The notes beneath the pieces were generated by a model, which was not told the origin of the DNA, ran no database searches, and saw only the letters and a program-made list of their open reading frames with translations. Position numbers and translations under genes: made by a program. From positions 1 to 53,389 of the forward strand of contig DASYVB010000125.1 of the NCBI GenBank assembly GCA_036000525.1: a stretch of 53,389 nucleotides of DNA, in the 5' to 3' direction. Shown here piece by piece: positions 1 to 8,836 of this stretch. The DNA is from Nitrospiraceae bacterium (lineage in GTDB: Bacteria; Nitrospirota; Nitrospiria; Nitrospirales; Nitrospiraceae). How positions within the stretch are numbered: the first letter of the stretch is position 1; every line of letters starts with the position of its first letter.

Positions 1-1
1 G

Positions 2-682
2 GGTCTGACACTCAAACAGTTGGATGGCCTCGTCGTGTCGATCGGTCCCGGGTCTTTCACGGGACTTCGCGTCGGCCTGGCAACGCTCCTCGGGTTTCGG
101 GCGATCAGTCATCTCCCCTTGGCGGTGGTGCCAACACTGGAGGGTTTGGCTTGGAATCTCAGAGGAACCTCGATGCTACTCTGTCCCATTCTCAACAGTC
201 GACGTGGGGAACTCTACTGGGCGCAGTTTCGCTGGACCAGCGATGATCGGTTGGAGCGAGTGAGGTCAGAACAGGTGGGTACAGCCACGATGCTGGGGAG
301 TAGTCTCACAGGATCGACTCTTGTATTTGGCGAAGGTTGGACAGTCGAAGCGTCAGCCATCCGTGCATCGATTCCTCCCTCCGCCACGGTCGTCGAGGCG
401 CCGGACTCTGCAATGAAACCCTCGGCCGTCTCGATCGGACTGGCAGGGATTGAGCGGCTTCGACGAGGTGAGTATGCAGGAACTGGCATCAGTCCGCTGT
501 ATGTGCAACGCACCGCTGCGGAACTGAAGTACGAAGAGTCCGGAGGCCTGTCGCCGGTGGCTCTGCGTCAGAAACGGGTGGCAAGAAAAGTGAGCGCGCG
601 TGTGGCGGCGGCACGGATTCCGTCGGCGCGGGCTCGGGTCACACGAGGGAGAGGCACGGGCGGGACGCGCGACGGCGCCTGA
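2..682 (+). CDS. tsaB: tRNA threonylcarbamoyladenosine biosynthesis protein TsaB (YeaZ family); 5' end cut by the window edge
   Basis: The reading frame is open from nt 2 (GLTLKQLDGLVVSIGPGSFTGLRVG...). The SIGPGSFTGLRVG motif is typical of TsaB/YeaZ. It is followed by rimI, a common arrangement. There is an unusual Arg/Ala-rich C-terminal tail. Confidence 0.8.
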   Translation, partial: GLTLKQLDGLVVSIGPGSFTGLRVGLATLLGFRAISHLPLAVVPTLEGLAWNLRGTSMLLCPILNSRRGELYWAQFRWTSDDRLERVRSEQVGTATMLGSSLTGSTLVFGEGWTVEASAIRASIPPSATVVEAPDSAMKPSAVSIGLAGIERLRRGEYAGTGISPLYVQRTAAELKYEESGGLSPVALRQKRVARKVSARVAAARIPSARARVTRGRGTGGTRDGA

Positions 683-774
683 GGTAGACTGAGGTCAAGG
701 TTGAGTGAAGATCCGCCTTTCTTCATCTCAGCCGTAGCCTCAGCCTTAACCTTATCCTGTTGGGGGGAGTGGTG

Positions 775-1311
775 ATGGACAAATGGATCATCGAGCCGGC
801 GACCATCGAGGCTCTGCCGGACATTCTACAGATCGAAGAAGCTTGCTTCTCGACCCCCTGGACGCGCAAAATGTTGCAAGCGGAATTGAGCGGCAATCCC
901 TTTGCACATTTTCTATTGGCAAAGCAGGTGCCGCCGGACGAAGTTGGTTCCATCTCGATTGTCGGGTATCTCTGTTTCTGGGTCGTCTTCGAGGAAGTAC
1001 GGCTGATGAACCTGGCGGTCATCGAGTCGATGCGGCACAAGGGTATCGCCAAGGCCTTGGTCATACAGGCTCTGGAGGTGGGGCTGGCACAAGCGGCGAT
1101 GCGCGCCGTGCTCGAAGTGCGGGCTTCAAACCATGCCGCGCATGCACTCTACCGAAGTCTTGGGTTTCGCGACGTGACGACCCGGCCAACGTACTATACC
1201 AATCCCATAGAAGATGCGTTGCTGATGGAACTGGATCCGATTATGTCGGAGCCGGAGCGATTAACACACGAAGTCGGTTGCGAGGGAGGACATATCAGGC
1301 CGCTGCAGTAA
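775..1311 (+). CDS. rimI: ribosomal-protein-alanine N-acetyltransferase (GNAT family)
   Basis: The N-terminus IEPATIEALPDILQIEEACFSTPWTRKMLQAEL and the GNAT core RHKGIAKALV are RimI-like. I prefer the ATG at 775 over the TTG at 760. The gene is adjacent to tsaB. Confidence 0.75.
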   Translation: MDKWIIEPATIEALPDILQIEEACFSTPWTRKMLQAELSGNPFAHFLLAKQVPPDEVGSISIVGYLCFWVVFEEVRLMNLAVIESMRHKGIAKALVIQALEVGLAQAAMRAVLEVRASNHAAHALYRSLGFRDVTTRPTYYTNPIEDALLMELDPIMSEPERLTHEVGCEGGHIRPLQ

Positions 1312-1333
1312 TCTTATAGCCAGGAGGTGCGAC

Positions 1334-1582
1334 ATGCTGACAGACAGTATGATTGCGATGATTGCGGAACGGCTGCGCCAATCCAGTCAAGAATTCCGTG
1401 AACTGGAAGAGGCTCACCACCGTCTGGACCTTGAATTGATCCAATTGCAGAAACGCCACGTACTGACTCCGGCCGAAGAGCTGACCATGAAGGATTTGCA
1501 CAAAGAGAAGTTGGCGAAAAAAGACAAGATGGCCGAGCTGATTCGTGTCTGGCGAGACCACGAGCTGCAGGCCGCTCCATAG
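1334..1582 (+). CDS. DUF465 (YdcH-like) small coiled-coil protein
   Basis: This 82-aa ORF has the pattern LEEAHHRLDLELIQLQKRH...LKDLHKEKLAKKDKM typical of DUF465. An AGGAGG ribosome-binding site (RBS) lies upstream. Confidence 0.6.
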   Translation: MLTDSMIAMIAERLRQSSQEFRELEEAHHRLDLELIQLQKRHVLTPAEELTMKDLHKEKLAKKDKMAELIRVWRDHELQAAP

Positions 1583-1633
1583 TGAGGAGCATCGTTGTGG
1601 GGCTGGCATCAACCTGCAACCGGGACCTGAGTC

Positions 1634-2407
1634 ATGGCACAGATTCTCAATCCACTTGCCGCACATATCCGGACCGTCAAGAAGCGTCTGATCATCATCG
1701 GAGCCACGATTCTGGTAGCCATGATGGTGGCCTTTGCCTTTTCCGGCGAAATGATCGCATGGTTGAATCGTCCGTTTCCCAACCAGCTGGTGTTCTACGG
1801 ACCGACGGAAGCCTTATTCGCCTCGATCAAAGTTTCCTTTCTGGCGGCGATCCTGGCGAGTCTGCCGGTCATCTTCTATCAGTGTTGGAAGTTTATTGAA
1901 CCAGCGCTGCTCCCCAAGGAGCAACGCTGGGGTATTCCGCTGTTTGCGCTGGCGGGAGCGCTCTTTGCCTTCGGTTTGATCTTTTGCAATCTCGTGATTC
2001 TCCCGTTGGTCATCGATTTCTTCGTCAGCTTCGGCATGGATCACGACATCACCCCGCAATTGAGTGTCGGCACCTACATCGATTTCAACGTCAAATTTCT
2101 CCTGATATTCGGTTGTGCGTTTGAATTGCCGCTGGTACTCACCATCCTGGCGCGGGTCGGGGTGGTCTCGGCCCAGGTGTTAGCGAAATATCGGAAACAC
2201 GCGATCATGGCCGCGTTGATCCTGTCGGCCATCGTCACGCCAGATGCGACCCTCTTTACCATGCTCTTAATGGCCGTGCCCTTGATGGTGTTGTATGAGA
2301 TCGGAATTCTTGGCGCACGCATCTTTGGGCGGGGAGGCCCGACCGAAGTCAACTTGCCGCTCGATCCAGATTTACCCATAGGGCCGGCAGGGCAGCGGGT
2401 CCGATAG
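1634..2407 (+). CDS. tatC: twin-arginine translocase subunit TatC
   Basis: This is a 257-aa polytopic membrane protein. The pattern HIRTVKKRLIII...FYGPTEALFASIKVSF...PALLPKEQRW...TPDATLFTMLLMAVPLMVLYE matches TatC. Confidence 0.9.
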   Translation: MAQILNPLAAHIRTVKKRLIIIGATILVAMMVAFAFSGEMIAWLNRPFPNQLVFYGPTEALFASIKVSFLAAILASLPVIFYQCWKFIEPALLPKEQRWGIPLFALAGALFAFGLIFCNLVILPLVIDFFVSFGMDHDITPQLSVGTYIDFNVKFLLIFGCAFELPLVLTILARVGVVSAQVLAKYRKHAIMAALILSAIVTPDATLFTMLLMAVPLMVLYEIGILGARIFGRGGPTEVNLPLDPDLPIGPAGQRVR

Positions 2408-2694
2408 CAGGATGCTGAAAAAGGGGCGGAGTAGCTGGGACGATCCCCGTGCTCGCGCAACGCGCGGCCTCGGAAGGCCCTCGTTGGACGCGCGCAGTTG
2501 GGATCATCCCAGCCATCACTTAAAAAGTGATAGCTCGCTGCGGCCTTGCTTGGGACAAGGCGCGTCTCGGCGCGCCAGGGTTGGGCGGGTGAGACGTCTG
2601 GTCTTTTTGAGCATCCTGCGGAGGCTCCTCTTGTTCGAAACGTGCTGGCCACCAAAGTTCTGCTGTGCCGAAATGGTTTTTCAGCACCCTGATA
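2405..2694. repeat. composite cluster of nested MITE/REP-like elements (families A-TIR/C, B, D)
   Basis: The cluster starts at TAGCAGGATGCTGAAAAAGG, which overlaps the tatC stop. Nt 2430-2515 is a copy of the hairpin at 15580-15677. Nt 2533-2622 and 2625-2694 are reverse complements of 31745-31880 and 31670-31740. Confidence 0.8.
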
Positions 2695-2734
2695 GAGCTG
2701 GTTAAGAGGATAAGGGTCAGAGGGTAGGGGATAG

Positions 2735-3823
2735 ATGAAGACTTGGGTTTGGATTATACCTCCGGTCCTTGCGCTGAGTATTATATGGAGTGTAGGCGGG
2801 ATACTGAGGGCTGCCACTCAGCCACCCTCGCCGGTCCCGCCATTCCCGCAGCAAGCCCCAGGCCATGGGGAGAGCCAGCTTCAATACGATCCCTTCGGTC
2901 AGCAGGCCACGAGCATTCAGGCACTCACGTCTGTCGGGAACGATCTGGTCTATGCCGGCTCGTTTGGCCTTGGTCTATTTCGCAGCGAGGATCGTGGCGC
3001 CACCTGGACGAAATCTGGCCAGGGTGTGAGCGATCCGTTTATTCTGACGCTCACTACGGGGAAAGACAGCGCGATCTATGCCGGAACTTTCCGAGGTGGG
3101 GTCTTTCGTTCGCGCGATCGAGGGAAGAGCTGGCAGGCGATCAATAGTGGGCTCAAGCGCCTGGAAATCAAAGCCCTTCTTGCCGTGGGTGATGGGGTGT
3201 ACGCAGGCACGGGCGACGGGGTCTATCGACTCGCCGCCGCCGACCGCTGGTCGGTGGTCACCACCGGTCTCGACGACATCCTGGTCCATGCCTTGGCTCT
3301 CTCGTCCGACGGGACGCTGTTTGCCGGAACTTCTGGAAAAGGCATCGTGCGATTTAAGGCTCAATCGACCGGCTGGGTGCGTCAGCAAGATGGACTCAAA
3401 GATCATGAAGGTATGACGGAGAACTTTATTCGAGTGCTGACGATTGATCCCGAGGGTGGCATCTATGCCGGCACGTTCGACGGAGGCGTCTTTCGCAGTG
3501 CCGATGGAGGCGTAACCTGGCGGCCCATCAGCCGTGCGCTCCCGAACGATTCGATTCGCGGGATACTGTTCAACAGCCGGGGGCTTTTTGTGGCGACGGG
3601 GCACGGCATTTTCAAAACGACCGACAAGGGGCGTCAGTGGGTGCCGCTCAATAAGGGGTTGACGAGTATGGCCATCCAAGTCTTGATCGAGTCCGGTGCC
3701 GGAGTGTTCTATGCAGGTACGAGTGACGGGATATTCCGAAGCGACGACGACGGACAGACGTGGAATCCCATCAATCAGGGTCTTGAGGGAGGGGAGGCTC
3801 CGGCACCCTTCCGTTTTCGCTAA
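2735..3823 (+). CDS. secreted BNR/Asp-box repeat beta-propeller protein (Ycf48/sialidase-like fold)
   Basis: It has a signal peptide and at least five repeats of the form G(V/I)F(R/K)SxDxGxxW (LFRSEDRGATW, VFRSRDRGKSW, VFRSADGGVTW, IFKTTDKGRQW, IFRSDDDGQTW). Confidence 0.7.
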   Translation: MKTWVWIIPPVLALSIIWSVGGILRAATQPPSPVPPFPQQAPGHGESQLQYDPFGQQATSIQALTSVGNDLVYAGSFGLGLFRSEDRGATWTKSGQGVSDPFILTLTTGKDSAIYAGTFRGGVFRSRDRGKSWQAINSGLKRLEIKALLAVGDGVYAGTGDGVYRLAAADRWSVVTTGLDDILVHALALSSDGTLFAGTSGKGIVRFKAQSTGWVRQQDGLKDHEGMTENFIRVLTIDPEGGIYAGTFDGGVFRSADGGVTWRPISRALPNDSIRGILFNSRGLFVATGHGIFKTTDKGRQWVPLNKGLTSMAIQVLIESGAGVFYAGTSDGIFRSDDDGQTWNPINQGLEGGEAPAPFRFR

Positions 3824-3843
3824 CTAAGAAAGGGTAGAGGACG

Positions 3844-4353
3844 ATGTCAGAGCCTACAGAGAAAACACAAGCCACTATTTCCGTCAGCAGCAAGGGGACG
3901 CAGTTGGGCGAGATTGTGGTGCGATTATTTCATGATGTGGCGCCGGGGCATGTGAAGAACTTCATGAAGTTGGCCCAAGAAGGCTTCTATAACGGCACGA
4001 CCTTTCATCGGGTCATTCCCGGTTTCATGATCCAGGGTGGCGATCCCAACAGCAAGAATCCTGACCGTGCGTCGCACGGCATGGGGGGACCGGGGCACAA
4101 GGTCAAGGCCGAGTTCAACAGCAAGCCACACAAGCGCGGGGTGCTCTCCATGGCGCGCTCGAACGACCCGGACAGCGCTGGCTCGCAGTTTTTTATCTGC
4201 GTCGCGGACGCGAATTATCTCGATTGGCAGTACACGGCATTCGGTGAAGTGGTCAGCGGGATGGACGTGGTGGACAAGGTGGTGAACATGAAGCGGGACG
4301 GCCGGGACAATCCCCTCGAACGAGTCGAGATGACGGTCACAATCACGGATTAG
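3844..4353 (+). CDS. ppiB: peptidyl-prolyl cis-trans isomerase, cyclophilin type
   Basis: The motifs FHRVIPGFMIQGGDP, GVLSMAR..PDSAGSQFFI and FGEVVSGMDVVDKV are canonical cyclophilin signatures. Confidence 0.9.
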   Translation: MSEPTEKTQATISVSSKGTQLGEIVVRLFHDVAPGHVKNFMKLAQEGFYNGTTFHRVIPGFMIQGGDPNSKNPDRASHGMGGPGHKVKAEFNSKPHKRGVLSMARSNDPDSAGSQFFICVADANYLDWQYTAFGEVVSGMDVVDKVVNMKRDGRDNPLERVEMTVTITD

Positions 4354-4417
4354 CGTGAGGGGTTAGGGGTAAGGCGTGAGGGGTATAGACCGAAGAGAAT
4401 ATGGACTATCGGAATCG

Positions 4418-5116
4418 GTGTGCGATTCTTTCTGGGCAATCGCATCACGCATCACGCCTTACGCCGTACTGTTCTTGGCAGGCTGCGCCATTCCTATTGT
4501 GCCCTATCGCGCGGTTTACGAAGATCCGGTGAACTATGTTCGACTGGAGGTGGATGATGCCGTCCTGCCGGAGTGGCCTCCCAGCGCGCATGCGCATCCG
4601 AAGGCGATGCGTACCGAGGACGTTGCTCGTATTCTCGGCGGCATCTCTGTCAAAGAAGATCGGATCTGGTTACAGAGATGGTTGCAGGGCGAGGCACCGC
4701 TGACGCCGGCGTTTCGTCCTGAGGAACTCGTCCTCATGTCTCAGCAGATCGCGGAGGCCTTTGCCCTAGCCCGTCCGGACGAACGCGTGACGTTTTACCT
4801 CAGTCAACCGCGAACGTCCGTCAAGCGAGTCATCACCACGGGTGGATTATACATCCATGACTCTGAACTGCATTTCATTTTGGGGAATTGGCAGATTATC
4901 TACGGCATTCCAACCTATGGAATGATCTACGATCGGCTCTATCCCATGCGCCCGACGGCCGCCAAGGGATTTTCCTTGTTCTTCGATCCAGGTGAGGCAG
5001 CCATAACACAACGATACAGTCTCTGGGATACGTTGTTGGCCAACACCAATGACGAACTGGTGATCGATCTTACGAAAACAGTCTATGGCCCTATCGCGCC
5101 TTTAGCAGGACGCTGA
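4418..5116 (+). CDS. hypothetical lipoprotein
   Basis: A lipobox, VLFLAGC, lies near the N-terminus. I chose the GTG at 4418 because the track start at 4376 lies inside an intergenic hairpin. The last four codons and the stop come from the repeat element at 5103. Confidence 0.5.
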   Translation: MCDSFWAIASRITPYAVLFLAGCAIPIVPYRAVYEDPVNYVRLEVDDAVLPEWPPSAHAHPKAMRTEDVARILGGISVKEDRIWLQRWLQGEAPLTPAFRPEELVLMSQQIAEAFALARPDERVTFYLSQPRTSVKRVITTGGLYIHDSELHFILGNWQIIYGIPTYGMIYDRLYPMRPTAAKGFSLFFDPGEAAITQRYSLWDTLLANTNDELVIDLTKTVYGPIAPLAGR

Positions 5117-5236
5117 GAAAGTCCGCCAGCGTAAGAAGACCGTTATTTGGTTTATTTGGTTTGTCTCGTTTGTTTGGTTGAACCAGACAGACCAGATGAA
5201 CCAGATAAACAAAACAAACCAGTTTGAGCATCCTGC
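5103..5236 (+). repeat. MITE-like element, heptamer-hairpin variant (family E)
   Basis: TAGCAGGACGCTGAGAAAGTCCGCCAGCG is followed by a (TTTGGTY)n arm, then a (RACCAGA)n arm, then TTTGAGCATCCTGC. The termini are inverted repeats. A second copy lies at 44604-44732. Confidence 0.8.
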
Positions 5237-5429
5237 CAGTCCCGCTTGTCGTGCCCGTAGTTCGTATGCGGACGATTTCCTCATCCTGCTGAATGTTGAA
5301 CGTGAGAAGCGGAGAATTCCCTGTCAAGACAGAGACTTAGTAGATTTCATGCAGGTGATTCGGTAAGATGACACATCCGCAGAAACGATGCGGTTTACCC
5401 ACCGAGGATGATCGATCCAGGGAGCAGGA

Positions 5430-8400
5430 GTGGTCCGAACCCGTGTTGTTGTTGCCCTGATTGTCATTCTGCTGGTCAGCGGTGGAGCCTTTTTCATTTT
5501 CTCGCCCTACTTGACTGGCGACGATTATCTCAAAGATTTCTTCCTCCAGCAGCTGGAACAGAGTATCGGGCGCAAGATTGACGTCCATCGCATCAAGTTG
5601 GTCCTGTTCCCTCGCATCCGATTGGAACTGACGCAGGTCGCGATTCACGATCGGAATTCCGATGACGTCTTGTTATCGGCCAAGAAGTTGGATTTGGTCT
5701 TGCGGTTTCTCCCGTTGTTGCGCAAGCAGGTGGTGGGGAAACGGTTGCTCATCGAAGAACCGACCTTAACGCTTAGGCGCAATACCCGCGGCCACTGGAA
5801 TCTCCTCGATCAGGTCGTCCAGGGGGGCTCAGCCGATCAGGATGCCGTGCAGACGATCAGCCGGATTTTCCGCATCCGTGAAGCGACGTTGATAAACGGG
5901 AAGCTGATCATCATCGACGACGCACGCCCTGACGGGGCTCGATCGATGACATTGGAGTCGGTGGAGACGTCACTGGTCATCAGAGCGGAGCGGGGACAGG
6001 CGGATTTGCACGTCTCTGCAGGTTATGCAGGCGGAAAAGGTCTCTCTACAATCTCCCTGGCCGGAACGATCAGCACCGCTCAGCGGCAGACGTTAGCGAT
6101 CGACGATTCCTCTGCTTCGCAGGCCACACTTCAATTCGATGGCACACTCGAAGCTGCCAATCTGAACCTTCGAGAGGTGGCGGACTTCTTCGGACCCCGC
6201 CCGGTTCCGGAGCACTTGCAAGGCGCCGTCAATATGCACAGTCATGTCCGGGCTGTGCCTGGTGTCGCGGGCTATGATGTGGTCTTGTCCGATTTGTCCG
6301 CGAATCTCGAACAGCTGAGGCTCACAGGTCAAGCGAGCCTCTCCGGTCTGCTGACGCCTCAGCCCACGTTTGCGTTCACCTTTGCGGCATCCCCGATCCA
6401 ATTGAGCCAGTTGCTCACGACCGTGCCGGCCGAGTGGGTACATCCGCGGCTGCCAGCGATCATTCAGGACCGGGAGATCGACGGGATGTTAGAGGTTGTC
6501 TCGGCGACCGTCACGGGATCGTCGGTGGCGGGGCCGCAGCTGTCGATAACGGGGGAATTTCGCGTGAAACAGGGGCAAGCCTTGATCGGAGGCAGTCATG
6601 TCCCTGCCAAGGATTTGGCCGCGGTGGTGTCGGTTGAAGCTGGCCGTCTCAGGGTGTCGAATCTGAGCGGACTCTATGGCACGATCCACATGAATGAGAG
6701 CAAGGCGCTCGTCTCATTTTTGGATGCGGGGCCCTGGCTTGAAATGGACATTACCGGGGAGATGGCCGCCGCAGACTTGCTGCAGTTTCTCGCGAAGACT
6801 GTCAAGTCGGAACAGCTATCACGTGTGTTGGCCGCTTCGCGTGAGGTCGAAGGCAATGCCGCTCCCACGTTTCGTTTGGTCGGCCCGCTCGATCAGCCGG
6901 GCGGCGTCACCTTTGCCGGGGGAGAGATTACCGTGCAGCGTGTCAGTCTGACCCATCCGTCGTTGCCCGAGCGAGTGACGGCGCTGCAGGGCCGGTTCGT
7001 GCTGTCGGATGGCGGGACTCTGTTCGATCAGGTGACGGGACATTTGGGCGATCTGGCTTTGCAGATCAGTGGGGGCATCACGGGGGGCAGTGGCAGCACC
7101 TTTCAGGATTTCCTGATTCGAGTCAATGGCGATGCGGACCATATGGCCAAGTTGCTGCCCTCGAAAGCTATTCCAGCCGGGATGATCGATGGGTTGATCA
7201 ACGGCGCGGTGGTGTTGACAGGGCCGACCCTGTCGCCGCACATACGGGGTGAGGTCGTCCTGACTGAATCGACAGTGACGCTTCCCGGTCTGGTCGAAAA
7301 ACCGATCGGCGCTCAGGCGACGGTGGAATTCGAGGGCATGATTCCACAGGCCTCCGGTGTCTTGCTCGATCGGCTCGAACTGAGCGTGCCACCGATCAGA
7401 CTGACGGTCAAGGGCAAGATTCAACTGGGTGAGCGATTCTCCATCGATGCGGCGATTTCGACCGGCACGATGTTATTGTCCCGCGTACCGGAATGGATTG
7501 CCAAGGGAGGGTTTGAGGCGGGGAATATCGAATTGTCGCTCGACATGAAGGGTAAGGGTCTCGATTGGAAAGCCTGGAGGACCACCGGGTGGCTCGCGTT
7601 GACCAACGGTCTGATGAACGTCAAGGGGGTCGAGGGACCCATCCAGGATCTGTATGTGCGGGTCCACTTCGTGAAGAACGGCGCAGAGATCAAGCGGTTG
7701 TCGTTTCGCCTGCTCGACAGCGACGTCGCGCTGGATGGGACGATCCGTAACTGGGCGGCGAAACCCACGATTACCGCCAAGATCGAGTCCAATCAGATGG
7801 ATCTCGACCTCCTCATCCCGAAAAGCCAACGGTCGCCGATTCGAGAATTTCTGGAAACCCTAGCAGCTACCAGTAAGGTCCTGGCAACCGCGTCGATGGC
7901 GCGCGGCCATTACAAGCATCTCAAATTTGGGAGCCTCTCCGCCCGCATTATGATTCAAGACGGCGTGCTCGATCTGGATCGTGTGTCCGGCCAATCGACC
8001 AATGGAGAAGTCGCCGGCCGTATCGTGGTGCAACTGCCGCGAAAGGAGCCAGCCGACGCTGAGATCTCGGTTCGGGCGACGGGCCTGTTGGTGGAAGATC
8101 TGTTGAAGCTGGCGAAGGGGGGGAAAGGAGGCGGAATCACAGGTGAAGCCCGAGTGACGGGGACGATCCGCGGCCATGGGAAGAACCCGCACGGGCTATA
8201 TCCCACGTTGAACGGCAAGGTGGAGGTCCTGCTTGAAAACGGACGCATCTTCAAATCGGAGGAACGGGCGGTCTGGAAAATCATCAGCATTTTGAATCTC
8301 CCGGCCGTGCTCCAAGGGAAAGTGGATTTGGAGAAAGAAGGGTTACCCTATAACAAGATTTCGGCAAAGGTTGTCATGCGGAACGGGCTCTTCGAGACCG

Positions 8401-8795
8401 AGAACCTGATCATCGATAGCCCGATCGTCAAGATTACCGCGGCCGGCAACTATGATCTGCCGACGGATCAAATCGACATGGTCTGGGCCGTCAGCCCGTT
8501 CGGGTCCTATTCGCAATTCCTGAAAACGATTCCACTCTTCGGGCGGCTCTTTGCCGGTGATCGCAAAGGCGTTGCCACTGCGCTGTTCTCCGTCAAAGGG
8601 TCAATCGAGGATCCGGAGGTGACGTATCTGCCGATGAAGTCGTTCGCCACCGGCGTGACGGGACTGGCGCAACTTGCCTTCGACATCTTGAAGAACACGG
8701 TCATGCTGCCCATTGATCTGATGACGCCTGACGAGGAGAAAGGTGCCGACAAGGACACCATACCCGCGCCTGAACCGGTTCCATCCGCGCCTTGA
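5430..8795 (+). CDS. AsmA family outer-membrane biogenesis / lipid-transfer-like protein
   Basis: This 1121-aa protein has one N-terminal transmembrane (TM) helix (VVVALIVILLVSGGAFFIF) followed by a long beta-rich periplasmic region with an AsmA-like N-terminus (KIDVHRIKLVLFPRIRLELTQVAI). It starts at a GTG behind a GGAGCAGGAG RBS. Confidence 0.65.
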   Translation: MVRTRVVVALIVILLVSGGAFFIFSPYLTGDDYLKDFFLQQLEQSIGRKIDVHRIKLVLFPRIRLELTQVAIHDRNSDDVLLSAKKLDLVLRFLPLLRKQVVGKRLLIEEPTLTLRRNTRGHWNLLDQVVQGGSADQDAVQTISRIFRIREATLINGKLIIIDDARPDGARSMTLESVETSLVIRAERGQADLHVSAGYAGGKGLSTISLAGTISTAQRQTLAIDDSSASQATLQFDGTLEAANLNLREVADFFGPRPVPEHLQGAVNMHSHVRAVPGVAGYDVVLSDLSANLEQLRLTGQASLSGLLTPQPTFAFTFAASPIQLSQLLTTVPAEWVHPRLPAIIQDREIDGMLEVVSATVTGSSVAGPQLSITGEFRVKQGQALIGGSHVPAKDLAAVVSVEAGRLRVSNLSGLYGTIHMNESKALVSFLDAGPWLEMDITGEMAAADLLQFLAKTVKSEQLSRVLAASREVEGNAAPTFRLVGPLDQPGGVTFAGGEITVQRVSLTHPSLPERVTALQGRFVLSDGGTLFDQVTGHLGDLALQISGGITGGSGSTFQDFLIRVNGDADHMAKLLPSKAIPAGMIDGLINGAVVLTGPTLSPHIRGEVVLTESTVTLPGLVEKPIGAQATVEFEGMIPQASGVLLDRLELSVPPIRLTVKGKIQLGERFSIDAAISTGTMLLSRVPEWIAKGGFEAGNIELSLDMKGKGLDWKAWRTTGWLALTNGLMNVKGVEGPIQDLYVRVHFVKNGAEIKRLSFRLLDSDVALDGTIRNWAAKPTITAKIESNQMDLDLLIPKSQRSPIREFLETLAATSKVLATASMARGHYKHLKFGSLSARIMIQDGVLDLDRVSGQSTNGEVAGRIVVQLPRKEPADAEISVRATGLLVEDLLKLAKGGKGGGITGEARVTGTIRGHGKNPHGLYPTLNGKVEVLLENGRIFKSEERAVWKIISILNLPAVLQGKVDLEKEGLPYNKISAKVVMRNGLFETENLIIDSPIVKITAAGNYDLPTDQIDMVWAVSPFGSYSQFLKTIPLFGRLFAGDRKGVATALFSVKGSIEDPEVTYLPMKSFATGVTGLAQLAFDILKNTVMLPIDLMTPDEEKGADKDTIPAPEPVPSAP

Positions 8796-8836
8796 CCGAC
8801 CTCCCCCTCCGTGCTAGATTCCGACCGGCATTCACT

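Noticed and set aside
2074-2817. 247-aa minus-strand ORF spanning the tatC 3' end and the repeat cluster
   Set aside because: It reads antisense through tatC and then through non-coding repeats. Its peptide content recurs at other repeat copies.
5130-5225. Possible CRISPR or tandem-repeat array (also 44630-44735)
   Set aside because: The periodicity is only about 7 nt, there are no spacers, and the second half is the reverse complement of the first. This is a hairpin inside a MITE-like element, not a CRISPR array. The NQTNQ/LVCLV ORFs across it are translation artefacts.
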